Source: Syncephalis fuscata S228 (lineage: Eukaryota; Fungi; Zoopagomycota). From it: 64,000 nt of DNA. Under the pieces are notes generated by a model. That model saw only the letters and a list, made by a program, of their open reading frames with translations. It ran no database searches and was not told where the DNA came from. Position 1 is the stretch's first letter. Every line of letters starts with the position of its first letter. This document shows positions 1 through 17,036 of this stretch, one piece after another. The DNA is taken from NCBI GenBank assembly GCA_025786725.1, contig JAHLTZ010000028.1, forward strand, positions 306,833 through 370,832, given 5' to 3'. The position numbers were made by a program, and so were the translations under genes.

Positions 1-1
1 G

Positions 2-211
2 TTTATGCAGCCTGTACACATGGAGCATCCTGTTGTTTATCAACACCACGTCGGCACTGAAGAAGCTAATGCAACTACTCCAGCTATTTATACTAATGTG
101 CAAACTGCCGATTCTTCCGAATCTAACACTTCACCATTTAGCGATGATCATGCATTTGTGGTTGAAAATCCAGCCTCAAATCCAAATGCTGCACCTTATC
201 CACAAGAATAA
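2..211 (+). CDS. C-terminal fragment of an unknown protein (continues off the window edge)
   Basis: Frame open from the window edge to TAA at 211, protein-like low-complexity tail (...NPNAAPYPQE), followed by AT-rich 3' region with AATAAA. No recognisable domain. Confidence 0.45.
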   Translation, partial: FMQPVHMEHPVVYQHHVGTEEANATTPAIYTNVQTADSSESNTSPFSDDHAFVVENPASNPNAAPYPQE

Positions 212-1461
212 CTGATTTCGAGGCTATTTATGATATATTCGTATTTCATTAACATTGGTTAATTTAAATGAATAAACAATAAGAGGCAGTAGTTTAGTAT
301 AAAAATGTCTATTTGAAAGTGTGTGCTTTTGCTCAGAGCTTTGCCCTATTATGCTTTATTTGTAACTATTGTCTGTTCAAATCCAGCTTTACTATTTATG
401 AATTTGTGTTGTTTTGCTCATCAAGTCATACGCAGCGATAGGACAAACTATATTGTAAATAACATTGCAGTATAAGGAAAATGAAATACGAAAATAAATA
501 ATATATGTATACTAAATACTAAATCTATAATAATGAGTATTTATATCATTTTATTATTTTACTTTGCATGTTATAAAAGCAGTCTACCAATCGCATAGTG
601 TATGATTTATTTCATAACTTCCTTTTTCTCTTTTTTACACTTGATAACATTTATCGATTGCACACAATTATGCATTTTATATGCTATTTAGATAGTGTCA
701 GTAGTTGACTGATTAATAGTTAGGTGCGAACACATTTTACATTACTCTTTTGTAATTTGACCCTTTTTGTTGATTGTATTCATGTTGCTATAATTTGAAT
801 CAAATAATAAACATTTTAAAAGAAATTAATCATACTAACAAGATAAATAATATCGTGTAAGTACCATACTCATACTCTACATTATATTTATCATAATAAT
901 GCTATTTTATCATATATTCTCACTTTTTCAATTGCACGTTGTCCATTCGTTATATTGTATATCAATATACCGTCTATTGATTACATGCCATCAGCAAAAC
1001 TATTTGCTCATTACTAGCTGTATTTAATGCAAATACCAGTTTATTTTGCTCATAAACACTATAACTCCATCATTGGTATTCGTGCATTTCCATTGCTTAA
1101 TTGTACCATTCTATGTTATTTTATTCTTTATTGCCTATACATTGTTAATAAAACATTTTTTAGCGTCATAGCCTACAGCTAAACAGTGATGTTTTTTAGT
1201 AGCTATTATGCACTACAATATTATTGTATTGTTGTTTTGACAATATATAGAATAGTGTATGTTTAGGCTGTCATCACACTGTAATTCAATATCGTATTGC
1301 AAGTTTGACATTTGGGTACAGCATGCACTTTACATTTTGATTTAATATTCAGCTTGCTATTCAGTATTCTAGTTATATATTTGCTATAAATATGACTTGA
1401 TAAAAGAATTTCAGCGTAAATAAATCTAATAGAATCATTAGTATTATACGGAATGAACAAT

Positions 1462-1550
1462 TAATATATAAGCTACTTATTCCATTAACAGGTAAGCATT
1501 ATATTACTTCTAGTTCTTACCTGCTAATGGAATAAGTAGCTCATATATTA
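1462..1550. repeat. Isolated hairpin, ~35-bp stem with 19-nt loop
   Basis: taatatataagctacttattccattaacaggtaag (1462-1496) is the reverse complement of cttacctgctaatggaataagtagctcatatatta (1516-1550) with 2 mismatches. Confidence 0.85.
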
Positions 1551-1756
1551 TCTTAATTCACTATCACGTCTAACAATAATGACTTTGATGGCGACACGTA
1601 CTACTAACGTCATTGTATTCCTTATAATCTTCAATAGCCTTAATTCATTTACATGCATTAGCCGTACTTATTTTACCACAAACTATAACAAAAACACTTG
1701 ATTTTTATTCAATAATATGACCTTTATTGGTGGCAGTAAGTTTAACAAGTATTATA

Positions 1757-3227
1757 TCAATTATTACCAGCAATTTCCATGGCTATTTTAAAATGGCCTA
1801 GCATTGACGTCAATTGAATGGATTCGTTGGCGCCACTAGCCAAGCGATGTTCCACTTTGGCCAAATGATCCAAGAGATAAATGCGCGTCTTTAGAGGTAA
1901 CTCTATTGTCCCCAAGTATTCATGGATTTCTGTAATAATATCGGCCAGTGCCAATCCTTTATCTACTCGCATTTGGTTGATTTCTATCACAAAGAATAAG
2001 TTAGATGTTTTATACTGCTTTCGGGCACTTACTGGAATGAGCCATTGAAAATTCGTCATTAAATAATGAATGAATAATATATTCTACGTCGGCAGGAAGT
2101 GGCTGTCCCGTAGATTGATAAATAACGACTTCATCAATACTGTCGAATCCAGCATAGCATCCCTATAAGCATTTATGAATAAACTTTGAATAATATGTAT
2201 GTCAAATTATACCTGGAGAATATTTAATACACGACGCATATCGCCACGCGATACACGCAGTAGCGCTTTCTTTCCTGAATCTGTCAAATTCATACTGTTG
2301 GCAATTAGCTGCTTATTTGATTGTGATTATTAGCATTAATTACCTTCCTGGTTGGCAATCATATCCAAGCGAGCCTCTATTTGATCCGCCTGAAGTGGAG
2401 CAAATCGAAACCGTGTACACCGAGACTGTAGCGCAGGAATGATTTTGCTAACATAATTACAAATAATACAGAATCGGACATTGTTGGTATATTTTTCAAT
2501 CACTGTAATAAATTCGATAGCTTAATTGTTAATGCAGTCTAATTGCATCAGCAAACCAACCGCGTCTTAATGCCGATTGTGCTGCTTGTGTCATAGCATC
2601 TGCCTCGTCTAGTACAATTAATTTGAACCCAATACTGTTGATTTGTTCAAATGTTAGCATTGGTTATTTATTAAATAAACAAACTTACGCTGAAGCACGA
2701 CGTGTACTGGCAAATCCAATAATTTGATTTCGGACAACATCAATACCACGCTCGTCGGATGCATTCAACTGTTCATTCCGTGTTAGTGCCGTATCAATTG
2801 AAACACCAACAGGCAATAGACTACCTCCAATACCATCGAAGGAAACTCGCTACCGTATAATTGACGTGAGCATGCAATAATTGTTGACGTTTTCCCTGTG
2901 CCTGGTGGACCGTAGAACAACAAGTGCGGCAAGCGACCTTGCTTCATAAAGTTCTGTACTGTTGCCTATTTGATTAGTATTTGGATTCACCAAGTGCGTC
3001 TACATACGCGTTGAAACAATTTCTTGCTGCGACACTAGATCGTCCAGTGTTGTTGGACGGTACTTCTCCACCCTAAATCACGCGTAAATATATTAAAGAT
3101 CAAAGTGTAGCTACTACATTGCAGCTTACCAAGGTAGATGTTGCTTGCTATTCTCTGCAGCCATATCCATGTCTAAATCTTTATCTTTACCCACCTGACT
3201 GGGCAGATCCACGTCCATAGTTGTCAT
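1757..3227 (-). CDS. RFC3: Replication factor C small subunit (yeast Rfc3 / human RFC5 type), multi-exon
   Basis: Spliced translation shows LPW|[58 protein letters not shown] and C-terminal GLALADI...LAKVEHRLASG. Confidence 0.92.
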
Positions 3228-3335
3228 TATGAATAAAGCGAATTCAGCGTAGTAAAATGAGCTGTGTTGACTGTGAAATCATACACCACAATAAAGCAAA
3301 AGAAAAAATTGAACTATTAATAAATGGCTAAGTTG

Positions 3336-5538
3336 TACTTTGACTCCCCAAAGCAGTAAATCTTTTTACGCAATTATTATAATGATTTAAATAGCTGACG
3401 AGTTGATTAGATTACTTTGTGTTCAAATCATTATTCATAATAAACATTAATAGATGTAACATTATCATTTCCATGAAATAGAATTGAATGTAATAGAACA
3501 TTGTATCAGTAATAATATTAAACGTTTAAATAAACAATGTAACATACTATTTGATTTCTTTGGAACATTTATGCCGATTATTATTGTTGTTGGCCATGTG
3601 TAGGAAGATTGATCGAATATTAATAGAAGCCATATGATCGCGATCCCATGTCATTTCGCAGTTGTTATTGTTGTTACTACGTACAGTGTGGTTTTTTGCG
3701 TCTAAATGGGCTCTTCTATTTTTTAATTTTCTACTGTTGCATTTTGGGCATATTTGCGCTGTAAGATACTTGTCTATGGTGACAAGAAGATAGAACGACT
3801 AGCGTTTTTAATGTTCGCTATTCTCTTGAGCATTCTTGATATCAACTTGGTAGGCGCAGTTTATTTGCCGACTATTGATAAAACAAATGGCCTTCATATG
3901 CAATAATGATAGTTTGAGTGTCTTCACCAGGAAGATCTTGTGGCGACAGTTGTAACCAGAATATACGGCATGCCGTTGATATTACTTGAACAGGTGTTGA
4001 TGTAAATAAGAAAAGTAAAAACTAGTGATTGAATAATGTTATTTATTGATGTTTAAATACACATGTCATTTATATCGTTATATTCGGCATTATTGTATAA
4101 TATATTACTGAATAGAACAATAAGATACTAATAAGAAAAAGTAAGTGAAATGAGTAAATAAAAATGTGAAGTTAAAGTACAGTAGCTCCTTATAAATAAT
4201 AATATCTGCTGTGTGTTTACATATATTTCAAAAGCTTAAAATTGCTCCTAATAAGCAGACAATAATAATGTTGCTTATTGTAAGACTGAAAAGTGTATTT
4301 TATAGTTCATCATTGTTTTGGTATAATTCACAACAAAGTATATTTAATAAATGGTAAATATCTCAATTGACTGATGATTCAATTCTTGTTAATATCGCTA
4401 TTTACCATTAAACTTATATAGATTTTAAGGCTCGATTAAACATCGGCATTGTTGGCGTGGCTTAATAGACAAGCCAGCGTAATGAGCTATTTTCGCGCAA
4501 TTAGCGACACATCTAATTTCGAGCAAAATTGATAGATTGATTGGTTTCAGATACCGTCTGTAGTCTATAGAATTACATTGGTCAGCATTTCCTATGCATC
4601 AACTACGATGGATAGGTCAGCTCTTGAGTGTGTCATCACTAACCAAACCAAACTGGCGTTGAACTCGTCGCCTGTTGTTGCCTATTTAAGACACCAACAA
4701 TCTACGTTTCAACCTTCCAATTTTAGATGGCCATATTAGTATAGACATTGGCTGTTTGCTGGTTCTCAGCGTAGTTTCAATATAGCAAAATGACTAAAAA
4801 ATGGTAATAAGCAAAAACTCGTTATTGAATTGTCGCAACCATGATAGCAGCAATGGTCTCAGCTATAAATACGGCTGCGCCATATTATATTATAATTAAA
4901 GGCTGGGAGCTACTGTACTGTGACTCTTACATTTTTATTTATCCATTTCACCCCTCAACACTTTTAAATACAATTAAACATTCGCTCATTACTATAACAT
5001 GTATAATATTACATTCAATATTAATTGTTCAAATGTCATTTATTTAGTCAGATTGGCTATAGGGAAGTGGCTGTTTAATAAACGACATTTATACTAATTA
5101 TATTGATTTTGATATTACATCACAAATATGTCCAAAATGCAATAATAGAAGATTAGAAAATAGAATAGACCATTTAGATGCAATAATCGACCTGTACGTA
5201 GATGCAACGACTGCGGAACGATACGGAATTGCAATCATATGGCTTCTATTAATATTCGATCAATTTTTCTATACACGGCCAACAACAATAATAATCGGCA
5301 TCAAATGTTTCAAAGAAATCAAATAGTATGTTACATTGTTTATTTAAACGTTTAATATTATTACTGATACAATGTTCTATTACATTCAATTCTATTTCAT
5401 GGAAATGATAATGTTACATCTATTAATGTTTATTATGAATAATGATTTGAACACAAAGTAATCTAATCAACTCGTCAGCTATTTAAATCATTATAATCAA
5501 TTGCGTAAAAAGATTTACTGCTTTGGGAGGTTAAAGTA
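3336..5538. mobile_element. Non-autonomous DNA-transposon-like element with ~420-bp terminal inverted repeats
   Basis: 3336-~3757 is the reverse complement of ~5121-5538 (outer ~300 bp nearly identical, inner ~110 bp more diverged). Ends are TA-CTTTGACTCCCC and GGGAGGTTAAAG-TA, a possible TA target duplication. No transposase ORF inside. Confidence 0.7.
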
Positions 5539-6178
5539 AATATCGACTACATGCTACTGTATTTACTTGTTTCTTGAAGCTCAGTCGGGCCTTTGTCTGT
5601 TCATTAAACAAATAAAATCTACATAAAAAGGTCTTACACACATAGTTGATATATTTCAAGTAGATAGATAGCCATACTATTATTGTACACTATTTACACA
5701 TAACCATACATATATATATACACGTAAACACAATCTTACGCAATAAATCCTAAATACTATTGGTGTGACACTAATGTTCAATATAGTTGCAAATATACAA
5801 TTACAAACAAAGAAGGTAACAATGGCATATTTACTAATTGGCACTAAATCTAGACAATTGATGCCTTGTTTAGTATTGCTCTTAATGATTGTAACATTGC
5901 CAATTAGCAAATAGACTATAATCTAGCAATGACATAGTGTTTGCACCAATCGTATTTTAACTGTACAAAGTCTAAGGCCATCACAATACAAATAATCATT
6001 TTGGCACCCATCCTGTAGCGCGTTCTTAGTATTGCAGCGGCTTTGATAGTACCAACGATGCTTTATCTTCTTCACGTGCTTTCCATCTGCATTGGATGCC
6101 GCGCACCTATACACGTGCCCTTATTGATACTATTGATTGACCATGCTACTACAGTTATAATAGTCTCGTACCCTACAC

Positions 6179-6376
6179 GTACACACACACACACACACAC
6201 ATATACACATGCACGCGTACACACATTATTCGATAAGATCACGCTGGTTTGTATTCCCTTGGTGGACTTGTGCCGATGAAGTAATATACGATATATTGAT
6301 TGAAGCGTTCCCTCCTTTACCTTTAATTTGACCTTGCACGCACACACGCACACACATACGCATACACACACACACA
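6179..6376. repeat. (CA)n microsatellite tracts
   Basis: acacacac runs at ~6181-6200 and ~6340-6376 upstream of the RA-PH gene. Confidence 0.85.
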
Positions 6377-6984
6377 ACACCCCTTCTTCTACTCCTTACT
6401 ACTACCGCTACTACTATTGCCGCTACTACATTTCGCGTTATCTTTTTTATTGTGGTTTAGCATCCTTGCTATCTTCAGGTCTGTGTTATATCTTTCTTAT
6501 ACTCCGATATCGGGCCAGCACCTTTACTTCTATTCCAATTCAACACCTTCTTTTCTTCTTTCTTACACAGAGTTTATTACCGCTCTGGCTTTCATCAGCA
6601 GATAATAGTACTTACTCTACTTTATTACTACTATTGCTATTACCTATTGCCAGCACATCATACATACTTACTGGAAACAAGGTAAGAATCAGTGCAATGA
6701 CACCAATCTACAACTGCGCCGTAGATGTGGACACGGTTGGCGTTGCTTAGTATCAATACATCAACTAATACGCCAATCGTTGCAGCTATCCTAGGCACGC
6801 ATAGGTGGCGTATAGGTTGCCATCCAGTGTGCTTTTCAACCTCGTTGTATTTTGCCAAATTGTTGCTTACGAGTGCTTGGTAACTCGTCTATCACATTCT
6901 TACATATATACTACGTTGGTTTGTCTGTAAATTGGCCAGTTTAGTAAGTATTCGCATATATTTAAACGTTAATATTTGCATTTG

Positions 6985-7015
<31 letters not shown>

Positions 7016-7152
7016 ACTTTTGGTGGTTAATAGTTATAGTTATTGCTACACAACAGTATTGGGTAGATATCTATTTAGCAAACAACATATAGGCAAACTT
7101 TCAACTACAATCTATTAAATAATTATACACACTATAGTCAGGAGGATCTGGT

Positions 7153-10100
7153 ATGAATAAAGGCCGTGGCTGTGACCTAAAGAATAATGTTATGTTAGAG
7201 CCTGTAAACAGTAAATATTCAGCTATGGCATCTACTGTACAATCGACATCGTTGCCAGTTATGGCCTCTGCCCTCGCATCAACTACTTCTAAACGTCGAC
7301 TAAAATTGGCATCAGCATCATTAATTGTATCTATTGCCGATCCAGAAGTGACTCAGGTGCATGAACATGTTTATTATATGACAGATCCTGAAGCAAATAG
7401 CGATGATGAACCAATTCCGGGTGCAACTATTGTTGATACATCGTCATCTTCGTCATCATCATCCTCGTCCTCTGAAGATGACGACAACGATAGCGCAAAT
7501 AGTTTAGAGTATTACTTAAGACGGCGTTCTACAGGAAATGGCAGTGATAAGAATGGCGGAAAAGGTAAAAAAGCGGCATCTATGGCCAGTGTTATATCGC
7601 GTAGTAAATCACCACCACCACCACGACCTACACGTTCAGAACAGCGTTTAGCTAAACAGCAACCAACTCGGCCCAACATATCCGCTGTAGCAATGCGCAC
7701 GGCAAGTCTTGGACATATGACTAACGAACGAAGTAGTGAAGCTATAGACACTACGAATAAGTCACAAAGACAGCGCAGTTCTAGTCTTTCAGCCGCTGAT
7801 AAACTTGCCTCAACTAGTGGCGCAGTAATAGATAGAAATGCTGCACCTTCTAATCCATTAAAGGCATCGGCAAAACTAAATATGCTATTAGAAGCAGCAA
7901 CAGATTTTGACGTAGGAAGTGAAAAAGAGAATAGCACTCATAATGATAGCAATAGCTGTGCCTCTGAAAATTCTAGCGACAATTCAGAGCAAGCTATAGG
8001 CAAGCAAAATGGCGGAGTAAAACTTACTAAATTAGATACCAGTCCAGCTGTTTTATTACGTTCACGATCATTGGGCATTACCAAGCCAGAGCCTGCAACA
8101 AGACCAACATCAAATACAGCACCCATTGTGTCGAATACGTCGTTAGTTACTTCACCTCAGTCCGTTACCTCTCCTTCATTAATGCCACGAGCTTTACCGC
8201 TTTCTGAAATTGTTCCTTCTACAAGTAGCAGCGATAATACGAGTGAAAGCGAAGATACAGATTCAGAAGATACAGATTCGGGCTCTAATGTTGAAAATCC
8301 ACATTTAGCTACTAATAGCCGCTATACATCAGGTAATATGTCTTCATCACCGGCCCGTCACAACACTATACCTGTGCCGCGTCCTCCGGTAAATCCAAGC
8401 ATTACTTCTTGGTTAAATGGTATTCAGTCACCACCATTGCCTGTACCAACTACGAATTCAATTAGTAGTAGTGTTAATAGCAATCCACCAACTTATCCAA
8501 TGCGCCCACCCGATTCTAGCTCTGAAGATGATGACGAAGATGACGAAGAAGAAGAGGACGAAGATGACGATCATAGTAAAAAGAATAACGATGAAAGTGA
8601 CAAGTCAGCCACTGATTCTGATAATGAAGTTATTGGACGATATACAACAAAACCTACCCGTGGTCCACCGGCTCCATTAGCACTAAAGACTATTTCAACA
8701 TCATCAACCAGTGCCAGTGCAGATCTGCCACTTATAAGTGCTGTAACAGGTGCTACATCTGCACCGATTAATAGCAGTCCATTGTCGCCACGGGCCCTTC
8801 ATCGGACTGCAACATCACCCATTGCCGGTCATAGACCACAGCAATACGATCAAATACATCGCAATCCACCTGCACCGCATAAGCCTCGTCGTGAAGCTTC
8901 GTATGACCCGACAGCTTCTCGTCGTAAACATTCAATGGAGAATATACGTGATTTAAATCTAAGTAATTCTAGTGCGGGTGGAACAGCTAATGTGATACGA
9001 CGTAATTCGGGTAAACGACAAGATTTGGTAAGTTGTTAATAAAATAGTGAATTAGTCGATTAATATACGAATAGCGTCCAACGTTCTCACCACCACCGCC
9101 AGACTCACCGACATTTTTGCCACCGGCACTTGGTGGATCAAGTGCATCGCCTCTATTACGTCCAGTGATGCTAAGAACTTCTTCTAGCCACCAAACATCT
9201 GTACGGCGTATGGGCAGCGGTGTTTTCTCCGGCCCTTCTTCGCCTTCATCTATTGCGTCGGCAAGTGAAGACGACGATGTTGCCCTAGGACATCGTGCGC
9301 CTGAACTACGTCATCATAGCAGTAATAGTGGATTGAATCGTTCAACCACTCATGGTGGTAATACCCTTTTAGCAAAACATGCATTACAGACACGGCGTAC
9401 TACACGTGATCGTGAAGAACGTCGTGCAGCCGCTGAACCACGTCGACTGCTTGATGATACAGAAAGACGCAGTAAACGTGATATAGAACGTCGACAGGCA
9501 GAAGAAATACGTCGTCATGCAGAGCGTAATAAACATCATGACCGTCATAGAAAATTAGCGGCTACTGGAGATGAAACCAAGCGTACAAAGTCAGCTGAAC
9601 GTCGTCCTAATATCCCAGACGCACCGTTAGTGTCATTAGGCCCAACAACTACCAGTGCAGCTCCAACAGGTGCAAATACACCAGCAACGACATCATCTAA
9701 TGTTAATAATACCACTTCTACTACTGCTAATGCTACTAATGGCGCAGTTACATCTAACTCAACTGCTTCCGCATCAGCTGCAGGAAACACTATACGTTCA
9801 CGTGTCCAGCGTTCTGGAGAACGTGAAGTAGAAACACGGCGCCATGAACGGGCCAGCTCATCAACTAATGTCAATCCTAACTCCACCAATACCGCTGATA
9901 ATGAAGAACGGCGTGTTGAACGTAAACCATCGCGACGTTCAAGTACTCGATCGACAGATAGATCACGTCGTGGTGATAACCATGGTGGACCTGGACATAA
10001 TCCTGCTCTGGCACCGCCTTTACCTACGACCAGTACACCTCGTAGATCTCAAGAGCTGATTGCCGATAGTACAGATGAGGCAGCCATAACGGATGAACAA

Positions 10101-12323
10101 GCCAATAGCGCGGATCATAAAGCAGCACTGGCTGCTGTAGCATCAAAGGATATGGTGGGTGCAGATGGCAAGCCTATACAAACAGTCAAGGCAGCCAAAG
10201 CACGCGTAGCAGCCAATGTGGCGGCCACTGTAGCAGCTAGTAAACAACAAGAGCCAGTGCGCAAAGTAAGTTGTTATACACACATATTAAATGAATTAAG
10301 TGGATACTAATTGATTAATTATGTCTAGGTAATGGCTACAATATTTGTAGATAATGCAGACACCAAACATACAGTGCAGCTAACATCGACCATGACAAGT
10401 GTTGATACCATTCGAATGATGCGTGAAGCCAATCAACTTACTGAAGATGATCCAACATGGACCATTTTTGAATTAATTAATGACTTTGGTGCAGGTATGT
10501 AAAGTGAAAATAGCTTAGATATTTAAATAACCGTTAATGTTACTAGAACGTCCATTGGCTGATTGGGAGATCATTACTGATGTATTGGCTACATGGGATG
10601 CATCACAAAATAATGGACTTGTAGCGCGTAAATCAGCATTCCGTACGGGATTATCCTGTACAGTAAGTGATTAAGGACATGCTAGAAAATGTTAATTAAC
10701 TGATATTTAATAGGGACTAGTCAATGGATTTCCTCAGTATATGGCCAAATTATCAATGGATAAAAATAAAAAATGGCAAAAGCGCAATTTCTACTCTAGA
10801 GATGCGGCCATCTATTATTCTAAAGATAAAAAGGTAGATTTATTTGATCATTCTAATAGATTTAAATATTAACAGACACACGATTATTAGTGCAAAGACG
10901 AGACATTATTCTGCTACTTGACGAATCATGAGGCATATACTATGACGGTAGCACATCCCAAGGCACCAACCGACTATGTATTTGCATTCAAGTCGCAAGA
11001 ATCAATTCGTATATTCGAAAAGCCCGAACGTGATTATATTCATTTTGTATGTGCTGATAATGTGGTACAATTACGTGAATGGCTACTATGTATTCGGTCT
11101 ATTAAGGTAATATATAATGAATTGTAGATATAGCATGGTATTAATACAAGTATTTAATAGCGTCAGATGAAGTTTGCCGAATCACCCGAACTATTTACAG
11201 ATGCATTTGCAGCCTCTCAATATAAAGCAGCACATGGTGATGCTACAGCTGATGTAAGTTGTAGATTAGCGACAATAGTAGTTTATTAATTTAAAACAAT
11301 TAGAGCACATTGGGGTCACTTGGTGTAACACTTGGCCCAAGTCTTATTGCTTCAAGTGGAGCTGCTCCAGGAAGTCTACTTGCTTCAGTTGATCTACTTG
11401 TATTAGCTAAAGAGAAGGAAAAGGAAGAGGAGGAGAAGCCGGCGGGTAGTCTATTGCCTAATGTGTTTAAACCAGGCTCTTTACTGGCCGAAATGAAACC
11501 AGTTGAACCAACCGAAGAGTCTGAAGAAGAAGGAGATGCCATTACTAATGCTAAATTTACTCAAGGTTCCCTACTTAATGATCCAAAGGCCACTGCTGTT
11601 ACACGCCCAGCTTCTGATGAAGAGGATGAAATCCACGCAGTTACCTTCCGATCAGGTACACTGTTAGCGGCAGCTGATAAAACAGCTATATTTGCCAAAG
11701 AAGCCCGTGATGCTGAAGAAAAGGTTCCAATGCAATTCAAGTCTGGCTCTTTACTTAGTGAAACGCCTACTAGAGCCACAGATACATCAGCTGAGGAGAA
11801 ACACCCGCTACAATTCAAATCTGGCACTTTATTAAGCGAAACACCTACAAGAGCAATCGATGCATCCACCGAAGAGAAACATACAAAGCAATTCAAATCT
11901 GGTTCTCTACTAAGTGATGCGGCTGCCCGTGCCGAACTTTTACCGGAAGAACGACGTGCACTTGCTACTAGTGGTGCTGGCACTAGTACATTACTACGTA
12001 TTGATTTGAAACGAGAAGAAGACCATACAGAACGATTGAAGAAATCGGGTCGATTTAAACCACTCGTTGACTTTAGTGAACACGGTCCACCCAAACCAGT
12101 AGTTGTTAAAAAGACTAAACAGATACAGAGTAGTAACTACAAGGGCAAACCATTCCTTAACTTTTCCGATAACGATAGAACGAGCGATGATAGTTCCGAT
12201 GAAGGTGAAGGTGGTGCACCCAATGATGACAGTGGCAGTAGCAGTGATGAATCAACCGATTCAGATGATTCTTCATCCTCTTTGTCTTCAACAAATCATC
12301 GTAATGAAAATGTTCGTCGATAA
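7153..12323 (+). CDS. Large protein: disordered Ser/Pro/Arg-rich N-terminus, Ras-association-like + PH domains, C-terminal F-x-x-G-[ST]-L-L repeats; multi-exon
   Basis: Long exons 7153-9027 and ~9076-10266. Spliced core reads TWTIFELINDFGAERPLADWEIITDV (RA-like) and KKWQKRNF...KAPTDYVFAFKSQ...HFVCAD...LREWLLCIRSIK (PH). Last exon ends at 12323. True start uncertain. Confidence 0.75.
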
Positions 12324-12460
12324 TAATTACTATAGTATTACTTTACACACACCACGTGGATTATACACTAAATTTTAGATATTCGTATTTTTTATAAATA
12401 AAACATTTTCATCATTTTTTTGTTTTTTTTTAATATAATTCTTTTATAACTTTTTATACA

Positions 12461-13734
12461 ATGACTGAACAGCAACCACTTTTTTTACCACAAGTGTTGA
12501 ATACAACACCACCACCACCAACAACAACAAATATGGATACAGTAACAACTATGGAGACAGCCACTGAAGAAACAGTAATGACTACGGTTATTGACATAGA
12601 CCAGTCGGAACAGCCTATAGATGAATGCATGTCGGATTCTAGTGATTTACCAACTACAAGCTCTTATGAAAGTAGCAGTGAATCGGAAAAAGAAGATAGC
12701 GATACAGAGGGTGTAAATACGCATAAATCTACCAAACATACCTCTCAATCAGGAATGACTGCCAACGACCGTGCTCGCTATCTTAAACAGTTAAATACGT
12801 TTGAAGATGATGAAGAGGGTGGCGGTGGTAGTGGAGGGCCATTAAAGACACAAAATGAAATTGAACCACCTGTGCCAAACCGACCCAATATCGAACTTGT
12901 GAATACAACACCAATTACACCATTAGGAGTAATTAAATCAATCATGAAGAGTCAAGCTAATAGTGTATCTATTATTATATCACAAAACATGATGCAAGAA
13001 TCACGTCCCCTTGATATTGGTAGTGTTATTGTGTTAGAAAATCGAATGGTTCTTGGCGAGGTAATAATAGCGTTAATACTCTACGTCATTAGTGGGGCTA
13101 ATAAATTAATGGATATAGGTATTTGACACTTTTGGACCCATTGTACAGCCACTATATACAGTACGGCTAGCGAGTGAAGCTGAATTGAATGATATGGCAC
13201 TTGTGGCGGATATGCCCGTCTATTACTTGCCTACCCATACGCAATTTGTATTGACTCAAGAACTACGTAAAATCAAAGGCAGTGATGCTAGTAACTTTTA
13301 TGATGAAGAAGTGGCCGAAGATGTACGTTTAGTATTGGTTGGTGTGCAGTAACTAATAGGCTGAATAGGAAATGGAGTTTTCGGATGATGAACAAGAGAT
13401 GGAGCATAAGCGTAAATTAAAGGAAAAGCGTAAACGGTAAATAATTTTATTATTTATAATGTATTTGTATTTATTTATGTAAACAAATGAATGAATGAAT
13501 GATAGAAATGCCAAGACGAATACCAAGTCGAAAGTAGCCATGGCCAATAATACCAATAAAACTACTACTACTACTACTACTACTACTACTGCAACTACGG
13601 CAACAGTAACTCCAATCACAGTAGCAGCAGGATTGGATGGAGAAGCAACGGCTATGGAAATAGTAGAAGATTTATATGTACCTTTACAGCGTCCACCACC
13701 ACCGCCACCATCAAACTTTAATAATACAGCATAA
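12461..13734 (+). CDS. NAF1: H/ACA snoRNP assembly factor Naf1 (Gar1/Naf1 domain)
   Basis: PLKTQNE, LDIGSVIVLENRMVLGE|VFDTFGPIVQPLYTVR, KGSDASNFYDEEVAED|EMEFSDDEQE motifs; acidic N-terminus and Pro-rich tail. Confidence 0.9.
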
Positions 13735-13794
13735 CAATAGTAATAATGATAATCTAATGAATATGATTTATTTTATGTGGCTATTAATAATAAA

Positions 13795-16968
<3,174 letters not shown>

Positions 16969-17036
16969 CCTTTCTCTTTCTTTCTTTTACAACACCCACT
17001 TGTTACATTCACTGTTTACACTTTGATCTAGTTAAG

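Noticed and set aside
4841-5047. Similar small ORFs at 4841-5047 and 38365-38589 (FIYPFHPST...)
   Set aside because: Similarity comes from a shared repeat fragment; flanking parts are unrelated and no transposase motif is present.
5680-6858. Cluster of overlapping 60-140 aa ORFs upstream of the RA-PH gene
   Set aside because: Driven by (CA)n and (TAC)n microsatellites (HTHTHT, CVCVCV, YYY); no domain evidence.
7512-12094. Antisense ORFs of 114-177 aa within the RA-PH gene (similar ones in SIN3, calnexin, OLE1 and gag)
   Set aside because: Shadow ORFs of long coding exons with no independent support.
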